Source: Nitrosopumilaceae archaeon
GTDB taxonomy: Archaea > Thermoproteota > Nitrososphaeria > Nitrososphaerales > Nitrosopumilaceae
Assembly (NCBI GenBank): GCA_035457865.1
Contig: DATIAR010000082.1
Coordinates: forward strand, 81-64,080
Direction of reading: 5' to 3'
DNA: 64,000 bases
Shown here: one piece after another, positions 62,083-64,000 of the stretch
Layout: every line of letters begins with the position of its first letter
Numbering within the stretch: the first letter of the stretch is position 1
Position numbers and translations under genes: made by a program
Notes under the pieces: model-generated
Told to the model about the DNA's origin: nothing
The model's input: only the letters and a program-made list of their open reading frames with translations
Database searches by the model: none

Positions 62083-63483
62083 ATGACTTCTTTTATTTTA
62101 TCCAAACTTGACTCAAATCATATAGACGAAATTTCAGCTGCAAACAATGAGCCAACGTGGCTTAAAGATTATAGGAAAAATTCTTTTGCAATTTACAAAG
62201 AACTCCCTGCAGAGGTGTCTCCACTTTACAACAAGTATTCTGATGCAAACAAGATGGATCACGATCAAATTTTCTTTTCATTAAGTTCAGATAGTACAAT
62301 TCCAGATCTCGTAAAAGATAGAATGTCTGAGATCTCAGATAACGCAAGCGTAATACAGATCGGTACCAACATTCACAAAATAAATCTCCCATCTGATCTG
62401 AAATCAAAAGGTCTAATCATATGCTCAATTCAGGAAGCAATCAAAGAACATGGTGATAAAATCAAAAAATCCCTTGAATTAACAGATCCTAAAAAAGACA
62501 AGTTTATTGCGTTGAACAATGCATTTTTCAACTCTGGCTTCTTTATTTACATCCCACAAAATTTAATTTTAGAAAAACCAATACATGCAATCTCATCACT
62601 TTCTGTTGACGGTACATCCACTATTTCACGCAATATCGTAATAGGTGAAGAAAACAGTAAAGCTACTATAGTTCAGGAACTTTATGCACCAAATAACACA
62701 AAACAACAGGCGTATCTTGAACTATTAGATGTCAGCGCACAACAAAATGGTGAACTTGACATTGTTACACTACAGGCCATGGCTCAAAACGCAATTAACT
62801 TTTCCACAAGAGTAGGAAACATCTCACGTGATGCTAGAATGAATTGGTATCTAGGATTATTTGGAGCGCAGCTTTCAAGATACAAAATTGACAATTATCT
62901 AAAAGAAATCGGTGCTACTGCAAATGATACTGAAGTTGTCTTTGGGAACAAAAATCAATCATTTGATATTACATCGAATCTTATCCACATGGCACCATCT
63001 ACTACTGGCAGAGTTCTAGAAAAGTCTGTTCTAAAAGACACATCAAAATCTCTGTTTAAGGGAATGATACGAATTGAAGAACACGCTAACCATGCAGAAT
63101 CATATTTAGCGGGGCACTCCATCTTGCTTGACAAAGGGGCCAAATCCGATTCCATACCTGGACTTGAAATATTTACCAATGATGTAAAAGCAACACACGC
63201 TGCATCAGTTGCACAACTTGATGATGAACAAATGTTCTATCTTGCTTCTAGATGTCTTGATAGATCAGAATCTCAAAAGATCATTGTGGAAGGATTCCTT
63301 GAACCACTCTCAAGAAAGATGTCCTACCAGATAAGAGCTTGGATAAATTATCTAATAGATTCCAAATGGCTTGGCCGTGATCTTACCATAAAAACAGATG
63401 AAAAACTAAAGGCAATACTTGAAGTAGAAGAAACAAGATATCGTGAAACTGACATCTTTGAAAGTCACTACAAATACAGGTGA
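62083..63483 (+). CDS. sufD: Fe-S cluster assembly protein SufD (SufB paralogue)
   Basis: 466 aa sharing a beta-helix core with SufB (GFFIYIPQN, VAQLDDEQMFYLASRC). It lacks the SufB-type Cys context. Confidence 0.85.
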   Translation: MTSFILSKLDSNHIDEISAANNEPTWLKDYRKNSFAIYKELPAEVSPLYNKYSDANKMDHDQIFFSLSSDSTIPDLVKDRMSEISDNASVIQIGTNIHKINLPSDLKSKGLIICSIQEAIKEHGDKIKKSLELTDPKKDKFIALNNAFFNSGFFIYIPQNLILEKPIHAISSLSVDGTSTISRNIVIGEENSKATIVQELYAPNNTKQQAYLELLDVSAQQNGELDIVTLQAMAQNAINFSTRVGNISRDARMNWYLGLFGAQLSRYKIDNYLKEIGATANDTEVVFGNKNQSFDITSNLIHMAPSTTGRVLEKSVLKDTSKSLFKGMIRIEEHANHAESYLAGHSILLDKGAKSDSIPGLEIFTNDVKATHAASVAQLDDEQMFYLASRCLDRSESQKIIVEGFLEPLSRKMSYQIRAWINYLIDSKWLGRDLTIKTDEKLKAILEVEETRYRETDIFESHYKYR

Positions 63484-63800
63484 GTCTTTTGTCAGAATGG
63501 ATAAAGGCATGTGGTATTCAAAAACTTGGTAAAGGCGAATTGTTTGGTTTTGATTATGATAACAAGAAAATTCTTTTAGCAAATTTGAATGGAAAAATCT
63601 ATGCAACTGATAGAATATGTACACATGCAGAAGCTGATCTTTCTAATGGAATCCTAACTGAGGAAGGCATCACTTGTCCGCTCCATCTCTCCGTTTTTAA
63701 TCTTGAAACTGGAATGCCACAAAATACTCCAGCAGAAAAACCACTTAGAACCTACAATGTTAAAATAGAACAAAATGAAATCTATGTTGAGGTTGATTAA
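63480..63800 (+). CDS. Rieske-type [2Fe-2S] ferredoxin
   Basis: CTHAEADLS (CxH) and CPLHLSVF (CxxH) lie about 18 residues apart in a 106 aa protein. Confidence 0.8.
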   Translation: MSLLSEWIKACGIQKLGKGELFGFDYDNKKILLANLNGKIYATDRICTHAEADLSNGILTEEGITCPLHLSVFNLETGMPQNTPAEKPLRTYNVKIEQNEIYVEVD

Positions 63801-63803
63801 ATC

Positions 63804-64000
63804 TTGCAAACCAGCACAATAAATATTGAAAATATTCGAAGGGATTTTCCAATTCTACAACGCAAAGTTCACAGCAACAAACCTCTTGTATATTTTGATA
63901 ATGCAGCTACAACACAAAAACCAATTCAAGTAATAGACTCAATCCATAATTACTATCTTAATTACAATTCTAATATTCACAGGGCGGTACATCAGCTTGC
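63804..64000 (+). CDS. sufS: cysteine desulfurase SufS/CsdA-like, N-terminal fragment (runs off window)
   Basis: The translation is LQTSTINIENIRRDFPILQRKVHSNKPLVYFDNAATTQKPIQVIDSIHNYYLNYNSNIHRAVHQL. It has the classical SufS N-terminus (FP-L...YLDNAATTQKP...N-HR). TTG start. Confidence 0.75.
   Translation, partial: MQTSTINIENIRRDFPILQRKVHSNKPLVYFDNAATTQKPIQVIDSIHNYYLNYNSNIHRAVHQL

Noticed and set aside
1-64000. Search for CRISPR arrays, transposases, integrases, IS inverted repeats and rRNA genes.
   Set aside because: I saw no regularly spaced direct repeats with unique spacers, no integrase- or transposase-like ORFs, and no rRNA-like sequence. The tRNA genes are not flanked by obvious att-like duplications. 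The only long repeats are the intragenic ones in the HYR gene and the TPR gene.

Overview
This 64 kb window looks like chromosomal DNA from an AT-rich ammonia-oxidising thaumarchaeon (Nitrosopumilales-like). That call is inferred from gene content and order, from archaeal ribosomal, exosome and RNA polymerase genes, from an intron-containing tRNA, and from TATA boxes about 22-25 nt upstream of many start codons (leaderless geometry). Most of the window is core housekeeping. It holds pfdA-ftsY, argF, the distal spc ribosomal cluster (L18-S5-L30-L15-secY-adk-DUF106-cmk-cbf5), and a two-subunit 2-oxoacid:ferredoxin oxidoreductase. It also holds cofE, two tandem aconitase-family dehydratase pairs, rpoD-L18e-L13-S9, and the exosome superoperon (SBDS-rrp4-rrp41-rrp42-L37Ae-pcc1-pfdB). 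Further genes are XPF, Nob1, NAD kinase, rhodanese, a GT2 synthase, a CPA2 antiporter, L10e, tRNA splicing endonuclease, an ABC-2 exporter, hemL-hemC-cobA-hemD, and sufB-sufD-Rieske-sufS. There are three tRNAs: Ser-GGA with an intron, Gly-GCC and Glu-CUC. I saw no rRNA, CRISPR array or recognisable mobile element. The less ordinary content falls into six groups. (1) A radical SAM enzyme with a Cys-rich C-terminus sits next to an unlisted 44-codon ORF with 8 Cys. (2) A 420 nt repeat-rich intergenic region contains a 35-codon C2H2-like ORF and a possible C/D-box sRNA, next to a translationally coupled wHTH plus P-loop ATPase pair. (3) Several other small Cys/His-rich ORFs fall below the ORF-track cutoff, including a metallothionein-like 47-mer beside a multidomain blue-copper protein and its paralogue. 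(4) A 1601 aa secreted protein combines NHL, 15 HYR modules and an RTX-like tail, and carries 84-86 bp perfect internal DNA repeats. (5) Small islands of unknown genes lie at 18.2-19.8 kb and 47.9-49.2 kb. (6) Repeat and palindrome motifs lie upstream of sufB. All functional calls rest on motif recognition by eye, and no database search was run.
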